64,000 nt of DNA from Tubiluchus corallicola. Lineage: Eukaryota; Animalia; Priapulida. Shown in pieces: positions 26,501-39,838 of the stretch; position 1 is the stretch's first letter, and each line of letters starts with the position of its first letter. The stretch covers positions 275,167 through 339,166 of the forward strand of contig JAQGDQ010002370.1 in the NCBI GenBank assembly GCA_030141605.1, written 5' to 3'. Made by a program: the position numbers and the translations under genes. Under the pieces are notes generated by a model. The model did no database searches, had not been told where the DNA came from, and was given only the letters and a program-made list of their open reading frames with translations.

Positions 26501-29500
26501 TAAAATTTTTCGACAATATTGCATGGAATCATAGGTGGCTTTAGGGTGGGATTTAATTGTTTATACGTCATCCTCTTTGATGAGGCACTAGCTCTAGTTG
26601 TATCTATCAATTTTTCGGGATCACTAGATAAAATAATCTATGTGACAGCCGGCTGGTTAATTGGCAAGATACTTTGCTAGGTTTGAGTTAACATTTCTTG
26701 CGATGTGGAAACATTGCATTAATGGTTTGTGACTGAGCTGATATATTTTCGTAATTCCCGGTTTCACTGCTGTAAAAACACCTGCTAGTAGGGCAGAATC
26801 TAAAACTTTTTTCTTGACCCAAAAAGGGTAATCTTTATTTTTATCTGTGAATGTGCGAAACTTAAGTACATGGGATTGCTTGACCTCTAAGCGATTTGCA
26901 ACTACAGAGCTCATCTTAGCATCAGCTGTAATCACAGACCGCAAATAAATATAGTGAGCTACCAACCATCTTGCCCTAGAGCTTTTAACGTGCGCACTAG
27001 TGGATTTGCGTAAATACAAAGGGTACATGAGCTGGGTGAACCCTGTTTCACGGCACAATTTGAACAAAAAGTTTTGTTTCCTAAAATACCCTGAGTTACA
27101 TACGCACGATTTGCTTTCAACATCGTTTTGCAACAAACCGTATTGTTTTAGTACTTTAATTAGAACACCTCTTTTAACGTTGTCCATACGCTTTTTGAAA
27201 GTCAACAAAAAGTTATACAGTTTTCTATTAGCTTTCTTGGCACTATAGATTAATAACCTCAAAGCAAGGATTTGTTATAAGGAGGTTGCGAATGTGGTTC
27301 CACTAACAGGATAGCGATTGGTCAGATGATCTGCGGTGTAGAAACGTTTGTACAAAAACGCAATCCATTGCGGTGTTACAAATGCCAAGAATTTGGTCAC
27401 ATCGCCAAACGGTGCAAAGAACCAGCAAAATGTGGCAGGTGCTCTTCTAAACACGAGACAAGCTCATGTAATTGTCTGATTGTGGTGACCAACACGCAAC
27501 GTGGAACAAGAAATGTCCAGCTTATATAGATGAGATAAACCGATTAAACCCTAACAATGGTTAATAATTCGCATAATTATCTAAGTCATATTGTCAAGTA
27601 AACATAAATTGTTTTTCAGACAGGTCACAATGCGCCTTAGACAATTATGCTAACTTGCGCAAATTCGACATCATTGCCTTACAAGAAATAAAATAAAGGG
27701 CGAATAAGAAAACTTCTTTAAAAAATCACAATTCATACGTTAAACCGTCTCAAGGAAACTCAGGAGGAGCTGCTGTTCTCGTCAGACATAGTATAACTGC
27801 TTGCAGAGTCTTTGAACTGGAATCACGAGAACTGGATGTGATTTGGGTTCTCCTACATTTTGGAAGTAAAAAGTTTTTAGTCAGCTCATTGTACAGCAAA
27901 CCAAGCCAATCATGCTTGATGAAAGCGTTTACTTTGAACTTTCAAAAAGCACTCGATTTTGCAGATCAGCAAAGTTTGTGCGGTGTATTAGCTGTTGGTG
28001 ATGTTAACGCTCGAAATTTTCTTTGGGACAAAGACTCAAATGAGCACGGGCGTATTTTACATCAAGCATTTTAGTGAGCCAACTTTCCAATATGTGTCTC
28101 GCAACAGTGTTATAGATCTCATTTTATGTTCAACTGGGTTTACTGCCCATTTGATGAGGCAGTATGTGGACAAAAAAAAACAGAATTGTTTACTAGTGCC
28201 CCACTAATGGGTCATTATCCCATTTTAGTATGTTTGATTGGTGCAACACTAATAGTGCTTATACCCGCACAGTAAACGACTTGAAAAATGGTAATTGGGT
28301 ACAGTAGTCTAGTGCTTTAGAGCATAATATAAGAGCAAAGTTTCCGGAATTTATTACACTTTTAAACGCAGATAATGCGGACAAGGTCAGGCAGCTTTTT
28401 TAAATACTGTTATAGAAGCAAACGCAAGATCGTTAATTAACAAACGGATATCAAAATACAGTAAGCCGTTTTGGAATTCAGCATTATTAGGTCTGTCTAA
28501 AAACCCCAGGGCGGCGCGCAAGAAATATTTACGTCTTTCTCACTACGAGAACAAGGTTGAATACATTATCTCTTTGATAGCAATATACAACACGAGACAA
28601 ATACATCCGCAATGCGTCTAATCTAAACGTGGAAAAAGGTAAAGATTTCTGGAAGACATATCACAGTGTATTTACTAAACAGGCCCAACAAAACATTGAT
28701 ATTTTAAAAGTAAACGGAAATTACTATGCCGGTGATGAAGAAAAATGTGACGTTTTATTTCGCACTTTCTTTACTGGGGAAACATATAAAGGCAGCAGGC
28801 TATGATACTCGTTGGTTTCAGGAAATTGAAGAGAACATGAAAAACTTTCAGTACATTGATAATGACAGCAGCTAATACAATAGCGACTTCACGATGAACG
28901 AACTAACAAAAAGGCATTAGGGCAGAAAACAAAAGCTTGGATAACCACTGTTGCCACCCACATATCTGAAAACTGCAGTGGGTGTCGGTTAAAATCCTGC
29001 CAAAGATTTGGTTGAGCGTATGTGTGGCATTCCCCCTTTGGATATTTTGTTCTCAGCCAATGTTTGCAGATTCATTTTAAAGTCACTGTCCCGATCAGGT
29101 GAAGACTTGGTTAAAGACAATATCTTATCAATGGAGCGGGAACTAAATAACAGTGTTTTTCATAAGCACTTTTTGACAAGTAACTTAACAGCAACTAAAT
29201 TTTTTCTGAGGACTATAAAAAACATTGGTATAGCAAGAAACGAAAACGTAAGCTATGTGGTTGAACGAACGTAATGCTGAAAGTGCTAATCCACTCAGGG
29301 CAGATCTCGATAAATGGCCGTCTGGAACCGCATAATACGATTCAGAGGCTTTTTTTAACGGAAGGAATACAGAAAATGCTATGTCTTCTCTCACAGCCCT
29401 GGTCTACCAACTGGTAGATATGGCAGAAGCTTAGAATCCCTTGCGCTCAACCTTTTACTTGGCAGAGGTTATAACTCCTTCTTATGTACAATTGGTCTAG

Positions 29501-32500
29501 CCGACAGTAATTACTGTAAATACCTTACAGATATACAAACGCCTAAACACTTTGACTGCCCTTTGATTTCTAACAACGCTAAATCTTCTATACAAAACGT
29601 TTTACCTTCACTAAATTTAGAACACGTATTGCTGCTCTGGCTTCTTTGATTTTTGGCTTTAGTGTCACATATTTCAATGCACCAAACGTTCTCTCATATT
29701 TTCAAATTTGGTCTTCGTTGTGTGCACGTTTGACAATATTTTCTTGTTGCCCCAGACATTACTTTAAGTACTCACAAAAATACCACTCACTGTTGTAAAT
29801 AATTTAAAGTTAAAAGTAGTGAAAATAATTTAAAGTTTCTGCATACTGTAGCCTATATAGCTGTACAGGTATATAACACTAATTGCCTGCCAAGTATAGC
29901 CTTATTAGCAACACGAGACGACTTGTACACACGTCCGCTCTGTGCGAGAACCTATTCCCCAACCTGGCCGAATACATTTAGGCCAGTAATTATTTTGCCA
30001 TTCCTTCTCTTTTATTTTATTTTATTGATTTGTGTAATTCATTCGATTGTTAGCTGTTTATATATGAGCTGTTTATGTGAAATAAATAAAAGAAAAATAT
30101 GTAATGTTAATTGACCAATTGATTAACATTTGCAAGCCTCCTTTTTAAGCTGATGACCAGTGGTTTCCCATAAAATCCACAGTAAAAAATATAGGTTTTT
30201 TGTATTTCACGCTGCCATGGGAACTGGTCTGCAATTCAAACGGGAGACTTGCATAAGTTAAAACTTGTTTTGTTATTTGAGTTTTTTCTTTCTTTCAGCT
30301 GCCATTTTTTGCTACCGTGCCATTAATTTATGTTGTCATAGACTATTTTATGATTGGTGAGTGTCCATCTACTTTTTTAAGTTCTGTTTAGCTGATTATT
30401 GTAGTGACAGTGTTTAACTGATGTAACTAGGCATTGTTAAGCTCAAAGAGTCAGCCAGGCAAAACTTGGAACTTCGTCTTGAATTAAACTGCCATTGTTC
30501 ATAAGAGGTACATTCTGATGGACGAGCGCCAGGAGAGTATCAACGTACAGGGTTTGTTCATACGGTGACAATAGAAATTAGCCGCTGGTCAAGAATCCCA
30601 CGTAATCAAAGGTTGTGTACCTGTAAGAGTGTACAAAACTGAACCACTTTGTGTGGAAGTGCTCTAAAACAAAGGAAATGAGGAAAAAAGATAATCATAT
30701 GGACATTACTAATTTCAAAAAACTTTTTTGATTATTGCATATATGGCTTTAAACGTGTATCGACAAGTTGAAAATTTGTTATTTATTAGACACATTGTCA
30801 TAAACGTACCTCTGTTTGTTTTAGAGTTTTTTTGTAAAATTCACCCGCAATGATTTATTTACTGTGTTAATAAAGATTATTTCTACTACTATAAAATCAT
30901 TTGTAATATATCTTTCAGGTTTGTATTCTTCTGCCTTTCATTTCTTCACCTGCGTAGGAGTAATAATTTTGACGTCGGATGCCGCTGTAGCAATAAGTAA
31001 GTTAACTCTGGCGACGTTCTTACAATTACAATCTTTAAAAGTAAAATGCTACAGACGAGATATTCGCAAGTATCGAATGCAATAACTATCAGCCATAGGC
31101 TAATCTTATTTTGATACATGACGTATACGTTGTAGATTAGAATCCAGAACAGTAAAAACGTTTTTGTAAAAGGCGGTAAAGTTGTATAATGATAGAAGAT
31201 TCAATCCCATCATTAATAATTTGGGGCAAGATTCTTTACCCACGAATATTGAGACTATTTTTTCTATAGTTTAGTTTAGTTAACTAAAGATATTTAGTTA
31301 AAATTTTGATCTTTGTACATATCTAGAAATCTATGTTTATGTGCGTTTTTCATTCATCATTAGTGTTTTGTTTGACAATTTCATCGTCTAGTGAATATTT
31401 TGCATCATGACCTTATGTTTGAAATGTAGGGTTAAATCAAATCGAATCAAATGTTCGCTCCTGTCGTTTTTCTTTATTGGTTTTTATATCTATATCTTTC
31501 CTGATCATATTTATTTGATTAGCAGCATTTTATGGTCTCATCAAGTTCATCTATTGCAACACATGTAGTAAAAAGGTGCAAGTTGCCTTGTGGGTGGCAG
31601 TTTCGTTGCCACATGTGAAAGACTACAGACACTGAAAGAGGTTAAGGGTTAGCTGACAGACTTCAGCGCCGATCTGTGGATATTTCGGGCTGAGAGGCTT
31701 CATACTTCAATACTTAATATTTTACTAGAATAAATACAAAATATGTACTTTCATTAGGTTACATGTTGTCTTGTTGCTCATCAAACTACGAAGTTGTCAT
31801 GGCTGCTGGTTCTCCCGTCATGCTGTTACTGTTTGTGGTCGGAGGTTTTAATTTAAATTTAGAGTAAGTTTATATTCTTATAAATTTATACAGATATAAC
31901 TTATAATAAATTTATATCTTTATAAATTTAATTACAATCACTTTCGAATCACAGTGTTTTTAGATTATTGGTAGCATAGTCTAGCTTGTATGTTACTTGT
32001 TAAATGTTTATTGTAACACTGGTTGGATTGTTTGGAGAACATAATTTTTGAAAAAAGAACTAAACGTGGATTAGATTCCTTACTTACCAAACGTACCTTA
32101 ATGTAGTGCTGAATCAGTATTATTAGTTTCTGGGCTTGTTTTACAAGTGGGAGCTCTTCAGTGGGAGTTGAACCCAAGATCTGCTGCTTGCCGGGTAGTT
32201 ATGCTAATATACACAGAACCATGCCAAAAGTAAATAAGCTCACTTTGAGTAAACTAAGAATGATCTGCATAGATAGGCAGAAGACGCCTGTAGTTCGTTT
32301 TAAATCGACCTTGCCTCTGCAAATTTAACCGTTGTCTCAATTTTTGTATCAGATTTGTAACTACAGGCGATTAGTGCCTGAGATTGTCAAACTTGCTGAC
32401 AGTCCGCAGCAACCATTTATAGATAATATTCTATAGAGATACACTGTAGATGAATTGACATCTGTTAACCCATGAAGTTGTAATTGAGACATATGAACTT

Positions 32501-33519
32501 TTATTTGTCCCGCAGTGGTTGAAACGCTGTATCTTTATTTTTTCTATATAGATCAATCCCTGTATACTTTAAATGGATAGAGTACTTTAGCATAATCAAA
32601 CATGGCAATGAAGCTTTGAACATCAACCAGTGGAAGGATATAAAAGAAATTGGTAAGTTTGGTTTTTGTATAACATGCTGTTACACACTAAATGAGTCGT
32701 TTATTAATTCTGCTGTTTCTCAAAAACTTAATTATAAATTCAAAACTTGCTAAATTGTTTCAGCTTGTCTTCGCAATGATACAACTTGTATACGCGACGG
32801 GAAGCAAGTTCTCCAATTTTTTGGCTATGACCAGGTAAATTTCAACTCTGTAAAATAATACTGGTACTATTTATATCAAATTTAGGTGAAAAAATGTATA
32901 ATGGAAATATAATGGTAACGATGACAGGCAAATATTTATGGCTGTCTTATATTGCATCTGTTTAACATAGGCATATGTACTTTAACAAGATCATCAAGGG
33001 CACTCTTTTCCTCATACAGCCGAGATATAGTGGAAATAATGTCAAATGTCAAACGTCAAAAAATTTACAGAACCGACGTCTTCCAAAGTTCTGATTTCAC
33101 ATTTTTGAATCTAGATCCAAGTTCATGTAATAGATATATTATACAAGAAACTGAACTGTCCGTAAACCAGAATCACAAAGGCTCTTAGGCCTATCACTTG
33201 TTGAGGGTTACTACACATGTATCAGTTAATAACTGGCATGTGGCGCCATTCTCGACGTAATGTTTGATTCAATGACAATAATGACAATAATATTTTAGTT
33301 TAATAAAAAGCTATGTATTCATATGTATTCGAATTCATTTGTATTCATATACTAGTACTTGTACAATTAATTTAAATAATGTGAACAAGTAATTTTTCAT
33401 TTCTTTACAATTTACAGGATAATTTTGCTAAAGACATAGGATTGTTGCTTGCTCTGATGGTTCTATATAGACTGATCGGTTATTTAATCTTGCTCTTTCG
33501 GGCAAAGAAAGCCGCTTAG
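17195..33519 (+). CDS. white: White-like ABCG half-transporter, paralog 2 (19 exons, 2025 nt, 674 aa)
   Basis: Hand-spliced exons: 17195-17395, 18097-18205, 18826-18874, 19675-19861, 20581-20652, 21052-21150, 21933-22099, 22540-22714, 23250-23339, 23483-23511, 23801-23906, 24900-25031, 25465-25557, 30299-30356, 30919-30996, 31758-31863, 32552-32652, 32764-32834, 33418-33519. Intron positions and phases match paralog 1, and 15 of 19 exons have identical length. Motifs: [45 protein letters not shown]. Intron 12 is GC-AG. Confidence 0.93.
17405..17532. repeat. Compound (ATT)n(GTT)n(ATT)n microsatellite just after the exon 1 donor of paralog 2
   Basis: Direct reading. It explains the poly-I/V tail of ORF 17195-17524. 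Confidence 0.97.
26470..27290 (-). mobile_element. Decayed, internally deleted LINE reverse-transcriptase fragment of a second family
   Basis: Minus-strand motifs in order: LRLLI...FVDFQKAY (27209-27186), VKQGSPSS (27051-27029), [34 protein letters not shown], then a degenerate (TAT)-like tail near 26475. The catalytic YADD segment is not visible. Confidence 0.75.
27295..30090 (+). mobile_element. Decayed non-LTR retrotransposon (I/Jockey-group-like): gag zinc knuckles, APE endonuclease and C-terminus, with the RT core deleted
   Basis: CCHC knuckle [14 protein letters not shown] at 27374-27415, followed by [16 protein letters not shown] motifs QVNIN...DIIALQE, GGAAVLV, GDVNAR, SVIDL and GHYPI (27590-28225). 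Then KPFWN and FTMNEL, a jump to ERMCGIPPL (~29015) and a Cys/His remnant at ~29500-29560. AATAAA at ~30081. Many stops and frameshifts. Lies in intron 13 of paralog 2. Confidence 0.85.
32150..32226 (-). mobile_element. tRNA-derived SINE head
   Basis: The minus strand reads tggcatggttctgtgtatattagcataactacccggcaagcagcagatcttgggttcaactcccac: a degenerate A box and B box GGTTCAACTCC at tRNA-like spacing, with no complete cloverleaf. Confidence 0.45.
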
Positions 33520-33611
33520 CAACCAAGGTTGTGCCTCACAACGACACGGTTTGAAAGTTTAATTGAAAAATGAAAATTACAAATTGCGTTTTGATGTACT
33601 TACTACTATCA

Positions 33612-33617
33612 AATAAA
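33612..33617 (+). terminator. Candidate polyadenylation signal of paralog 2
   Basis: First AATAAA, 93 nt downstream of the TAG. Confidence 0.5.
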
Positions 33618-35648
33618 CGTTTCAACGAGTAACTATAAGCTTTATTAATACTTTCATGTGATACATATGGTCTGTATTTGATCCATTTTTGTTTATCAGC
33701 ACGGGAAAACAATTATACTTATCAGTTTTCTCTCTGAAACCCTCCTTTTTCTAAACTTGGAGCGCGAAGGCGTTTAAATCTGTTTTTGTTTCCAATAGAT
33801 TTTCTATGGACTGTGATTTGTTTGAACTAAAATAGCGATCATCGTCAAAGCACTGGTGAATTTGCGCAAAATTTTACACGAATCTTAAACGTTGTGAAGA
33901 AAAACGGGATTGTCAAATTTCTTTATGAGCGACGTTTTCAAGAGAAGTTTTCGATTGTAAGCTGCAGTTAGTAGAATTTTGAAAATAGCAAAGTGCTTAC
34001 GGAAATAGTAAGCTTCTTACATCTTGTTAGTGAGTTGATTCAGTCTTAAAAGCCTTATATGCAGTTTGAAGCTAATTGCGTCTTATGCAGTTTGATTCGC
34101 AACAATCTTTATTTTCTAGTTCTTTTAACTCGTTAGACAGAGAAAATTATTTGCAAAAAATTATTGAGAAAATTAAATACTGTATATGATATTTTACTTT
34201 ACATAATTTTGCCAAGTTTGTATAGGCCGAAAATTTGATTTTATTGCAAACAGCTAGGTAAAAAATTTTAATTTTATTACTGCAGTTACAAAAAATCATG
34301 CCAAGTCTTCAGCAAATTAATTAAAATTTAGTGTTTGTAGCGAAGTCTGTAGTCCTCTACCTATGATAGTCTAGTCGGGTTACTCCATTATTAAATCCTT
34401 GTTGCAATTATTAACCTGTCATATCAAGCTTGCATGGATAAAACATTCAATTATTTGTGCACGCTTTTGATGTCGCTTGCGCCGCCGTTTGAAAAACAGG
34501 TTTACGGGTTTATTGTTTAGGGCGTTTATTAATTGATGTGCTAAATATAGGCTTGCTGTAATGTCACTTCTCTTTTGTTGTCTCTTCTTGCATCCTTTCG
34601 TTATTACTTCTGAGATTTTAAAGTGAAAATGTGCTGCATTTTTCTAACCTGTCGCGTAATCACGATTTAACGGCACATTAAACGAGCGTTGTTAGTGTAT
34701 AATATGAATGCTTGAGAAATTATGATGGCATTATAGACAGACTTGATCAATAAATCTTGAACATTATGTGCTTGTAGTGTAGGAGTTTCTTTATATTATC
34801 TTTGCTTAATTTTTCCCAAGTACTGCTTTATGGAGTTCTTACCTATATTTATTTAGTATTTGTAGAGTCACTTTACGCTGTTGATGTACTTTAAGTTGCT
34901 TCGTTTACTCAGTTGTTAGTTTTGTGCTGTACACACATGTACAAGAAATTTTAAATAAACAATTGTTTATTTTATAATTCGGGTAGTACACACATGTTGA
35001 TTTGTTACTGAAATCAGTGTTCTGCAAATGATACTTTTCATTTCGAGCAACTCTATAATACTTGATTATTATCTTAATTACGGCATGTAGAAGAGATGCG
35101 CGATAATGCAAAATGTAAACCTAGTGTAGTCTGTAGATAAGTGCAGACTTTTATGCTGTTATTTTATTAGAAATATTTAATTGCAGATCTTACAAAAATT
35201 AAATCTCGTTTGCGTATATAATATAACAGCAATTAATAATGAGTTTCATTTCATTAGCAGGCAGAAAAGTACTGTCTAATTAATCAATAACTCATCACTG
35301 TAAATAATCACTCAAGTGCTGCTGTATGAGTCTACGTTACACCTTTGGTTCTAATTTAAAAATAATGTGTTGATATCAAGCATCATTATTACGGAAACGG
35401 TCTGCTAAACATCTGGTAACATTACCGGTAGACAGTAATGATAAACTGAAGCCGTATATTTACACTAATTACTGCTACTGTAACACTGACATTCAATATC
35501 GTTGAAGCTTATGGAGCATGTCAAACAAGAAACAATATTTCCTTGGAAGATCGACTGCAAAATTAATGATATGCTTTCACGAATTTAATAAACAAAAACT
35601 TTATTCAGTTATCGTTATGTCACTACTTATCCAAAAGATGCACGCAAG

Positions 35649-35815
35649 TGAGAGAGAAAGAGAGAGAGAGCGAGAGACAGAGACAGATAGAGCGAGAGAG
35701 AGGCAGAGAGAGAAAAAGAATGGGAAGAGAAAAAGACAGAGAGGAATAGGTAGCGAGAAAAAGAAACAGAATAAGTGCAACATAAAGAGAGATGGAATGG
35801 GACAGAGGAGATAGC
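35649..35815. repeat. GA-rich low-complexity tract
   Basis: Degenerate (GA)n purine tract. Confidence 0.85.
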
Positions 35816-36228
35816 AGCAGTTTCGTGTCGTAATATTGAAATATATGAAAGGTAGCTTCGCTAGAAATTGACCATTACCCAATACTGGTCTTGACTTTGG
35901 TTGGCTTAGATTGATCGAAGTTCATTTAAGTGAGGTCAGCAAAATGCTTATTGTTCAATTACCTGTAACAAAAGAACGTTGTGACTTTGAAGTAATAATT
36001 TATTTGAACTTGAAAATACTCGAGCTATTTTAATGGACAAGTTGTTGAAATATATTGAATCATACATGCTAAATTGTACATCTAAATTGTTGCATCTAAT
36101 TGTAAATTGTTAGAATCAGACGCTTAGATACAAGCAATTTAAAATCCTTGCATTTGGTGCTTACTAAATTATGCTGCAGTCCAATGTAGAGTTCGTAATG
36201 GTTTCTTTAATTTGTGTGAAAAGCTGTA

Positions 36229-36594
36229 TAGTTATTTTAGAAGGAGATTAGTATGAAACAAGATGTACATGAAACTTAAGAACGAAGAACCTTTTTACAT
36301 CACGAAGTTGATGTAACATTATAACTCATTAGTTGAATAAAGTTTAACCATAGTTATTTTAGAAGGAGATTATTATGAAACAAGATGTACATGAAACTTA
36401 AGAACGAAGAACCATTTTACATCACGAAGTTGATGTAACATTATAACTCATTAGTTGAATAAAGTTTAACCATAGTTATTTTAGAAGGAGATTATTATGA
36501 AACAAGATGTACATGAAACTTAAGAACGAAGAACCATTTTACATCACGAAGTTGATGTAACATTATAACTCATTAGTTGAATAAAGTTTAACCA
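36229..36594. repeat. Tandem repeat, 3 x 122 bp, near-identical
   Basis: The unit starts tagttattttagaaggagatt at 36229, 36351 and 36473. Copy 1 differs from copies 2 and 3 at two positions. Confidence 0.97.
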
Positions 36595-37559
36595 TTTTTG
36601 CTTTTGTTCGATAGGTTTAGTTTTAGAGGCAATGGCTATATATTAAGTTTTCTAGACTCAGTGTGTGTTAATTTTCATTTGGGAATTACATTTTACGTTT
36701 ATTGGAACTCGTTACCTAGCGAAATTATAAACTGTCCAAGTCTCAAAATTATTCGCGAACAAACTGCTTAAGGATTACTAATCTGCGCCTAATGTTACCT
36801 AAATAATCACATTCGATATCAAGTGAAACTGTTATAAGTACCAGTAATGCAATGCAACAATAATTAGTTCTCTACGAATGCCGTAAATTTGTGCGTTTCT
36901 CATTGAGCACGGTTTTCTATTTAAATGAACCCATTTTGTCTGTTTTGTAGGCATGCGTTTTGTTGTTATAGTTAGGTATTAGAACATTTAATTTTTTCCT
37001 TTTATCTTTACTAAAAAAAGCACTACGTAAAATTAAATGAAATTTCGCTTGTCTTTAATGTTCTCGGCCAGGGACTACGAAATATACACAGAGAAGCTTA
37101 CTTGCGCTACGACGTCATATAATGCATGGCCTAATGTTTTGGTGATATCAACGACTCCCCCAGTTTTTCATTACATTAATTGGTATCAGTGCTCGGCGAA
37201 AATGGTATGAGATTTTTGTCATTTAATATTTGCAAAGTGTAAGTCTTGTAAGTAAACGGGTGGTCTTGTAGAAAAGGTCCAGCAAATAGAATAACATCAT
37301 TGAATGTAACCACTAATTATTTTTCATTCATTACAATCAAACTAATTATATACTAATTGCAGTCGGTATTTCTTCAACCTTTGGTTTTTGGTTTGTGAGT
37401 ATCTCTTTTCATCTTATTACTTGGGAAAATATGTAAATCAATTTAATCCCCCAGTTAAACTGATGTGTTGTTGAAATAACTACCACTGTGCACCGTGTTT
37501 ACTTTATTTACTGTTGTAAACTATTGTTTACTTGATGTACATGTTACATCATGAATTTA

Positions 37560-37746
<187 letters not shown>

Positions 37747-39838
37747 AAGTAATAAAAATACTCCAGAAAATATAGCTCGTTTAAGTATCGCATTACCGTG
37801 CTAAATACATGTACGCCTACTTGCATAAAGCTGTAATCATAACAGTTGTAAACTAGATGGTAATAGCAATATGCATATTGGTAATAGCAACATGAATGTA
37901 AGCTCCCCGTGCAGTTCTCGTATATGTGTTGTTGTATCAATGCTACAGGGACTACTGTGCTTATCACAAATAGAAAAATGACTGTGCGCTATAATTCCCT
38001 TAGGCTGTAATGAATTGTTTGTGGTTGTCAAAAAATGAAAAATTGCCATTTGATTACTTTAACCTAATTGATACGAAAACTGATTCATAACTTGCGCGAC
38101 ATCATTAGGAATTAGAACGCCTAGCGACAAAAAGAGAATTTTTCTTTTTTCCCACAAGCGTTTCATAAACTTTAACCAAGTTAGTAATTTTGTTCATTAA
38201 AAACACATTATTATGATTAGCATACAGATGAAATAAAGGGTCGTAAAACGAAAATATGAACCTAGATTTGATCATAGCCAAGGTATTTGAGGTGCAGTTT
38301 TGTCTCGATCTGGAAATATTACTAAATATCTGATTTTCGACAAATTTCCATTTAAACAAAATTCTAATGGAAACAACATTACACGTTTATTAGACTTTCC
38401 TCATCATCTTGCTACAGTGTATTTTAAACTATAAGCGCTCCTTAAGTTTCAATACTTAATAAAAAATCTGTAAAATAATATTAACGAATCAATAGTTTTA
38501 TCTTCTAAATCAGAGTTAACTGCATGACTTCAAAGAGTGCCTAACAGTTTAACTCCCAATTTTATCTTTACCCAGTTGCGAAGAATCCCTGGCTTATCCT
38601 GAGCTGAGTTTACTGTTGACTTTAACGATTCTTATGTACACTGTCTTTGGTCTCGCCGGTCGATATTTTAATTAATCAATAATAATCCTCTCAGCCTGCT
38701 ACAACACCATCGTTCAGATGGTAAATGGAAAACTCTTGGCTTCCATCACCACTATACGTCTTAACAGTTCGGCCATCCATCGTTACAAAACAATCCGAGC
38801 ATTTTATTGATTTGGCAGCCATACATTTGCGAAGATTGATGCTCCTGTGTGAGTTTGTTGTCTCTATGTACACACGCGAGGGGTAGTTAGGCCGAGTCGA
38901 TGACAGTATGTTAGAGGGAAGTATGCACGAGATCGCTCATTAGAGGCCATGCTATTAACTACAACATTGCTTACCTGTTTCAGTGGGATGTCATCAGATC
39001 AGAACTTTTAGATTCAAATATCTAATTACTGACGATTCTATTCAGCGGCTTCTCGTTTAATATAATGTGCATTGTAGACCTTGTTGAATGGCTTATGAAA
39101 AACTATAGGATACTGATATTTAAAGACATTACTTTTTCAGGCATATAATTATTGCATGATTTGCACTGTGGCCTGTAAAAATATCTCGGAAAATGAGAGG
39201 TAATGGCAGTTGTTTAATATTTCAGAAAAATGGTTCAGTGGGAAATTCTCTAGATGAGGGCGGGTATATCCTATCCTAAAATCTCTCTGAGCTGTGTGTG
39301 CTTGGCTGCATGCGATATTTAAGTAATGCCAAGCCTGACTAGTAAATCATTGACTGCCACACAAATTGTTACTCAGCGGCTTCAACAGCCATGCTGCTTC
39401 CGGTTCTCTCTCTCTTGATGAGAAAAGTTGTATACACATCCGAACTTAGTTAAGACACCGCTGCACGATAAAGCGCTTGGTTAGTACATTACTGAGTAAT
39501 CGTTATATAAATTGTTTATGGGCGGCTTCAGCGGTTATTTTTCCCGTTGAGGAAGGATATATTGAGCTCGGCTAAGACATCTCTGCTGATTCAGTGTGTC
39601 ATTTCAAAAGATTATACTTAGTAAGTAGCCAAGTTCCGAACACGTCATAACTATCTGACATCAGTAGTATACCTTTCCATCTTCAAAGTAGGCTACTATA
39701 TTTTTGTGCATCTGCTCACAGCTTCCCATTGTGTAACAGCCAGTTCACTGTCACCTGTCTGTTTTCTTACACGAAAAACAACGTCCTTTATTTGAGATAC
39801 TTCAGCAAATATTTAAATTGAAATTGTTACAGTAGCTT

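Noticed and set aside
32150-32226. tRNA gene
   Set aside because: A B box is present, but there is no acceptor stem or cloverleaf, so it is treated as a SINE head.
35518-35882. ER-rich and SL-rich ORFs on both strands
   Set aside because: They are products of a GA-rich low-complexity tract.
36229-36594. CRISPR array or RNA gene cluster
   Set aside because: Whole 122-bp units are repeated with no spacers, and I see no Pol III boxes or recognisable 5S/snRNA sequence.
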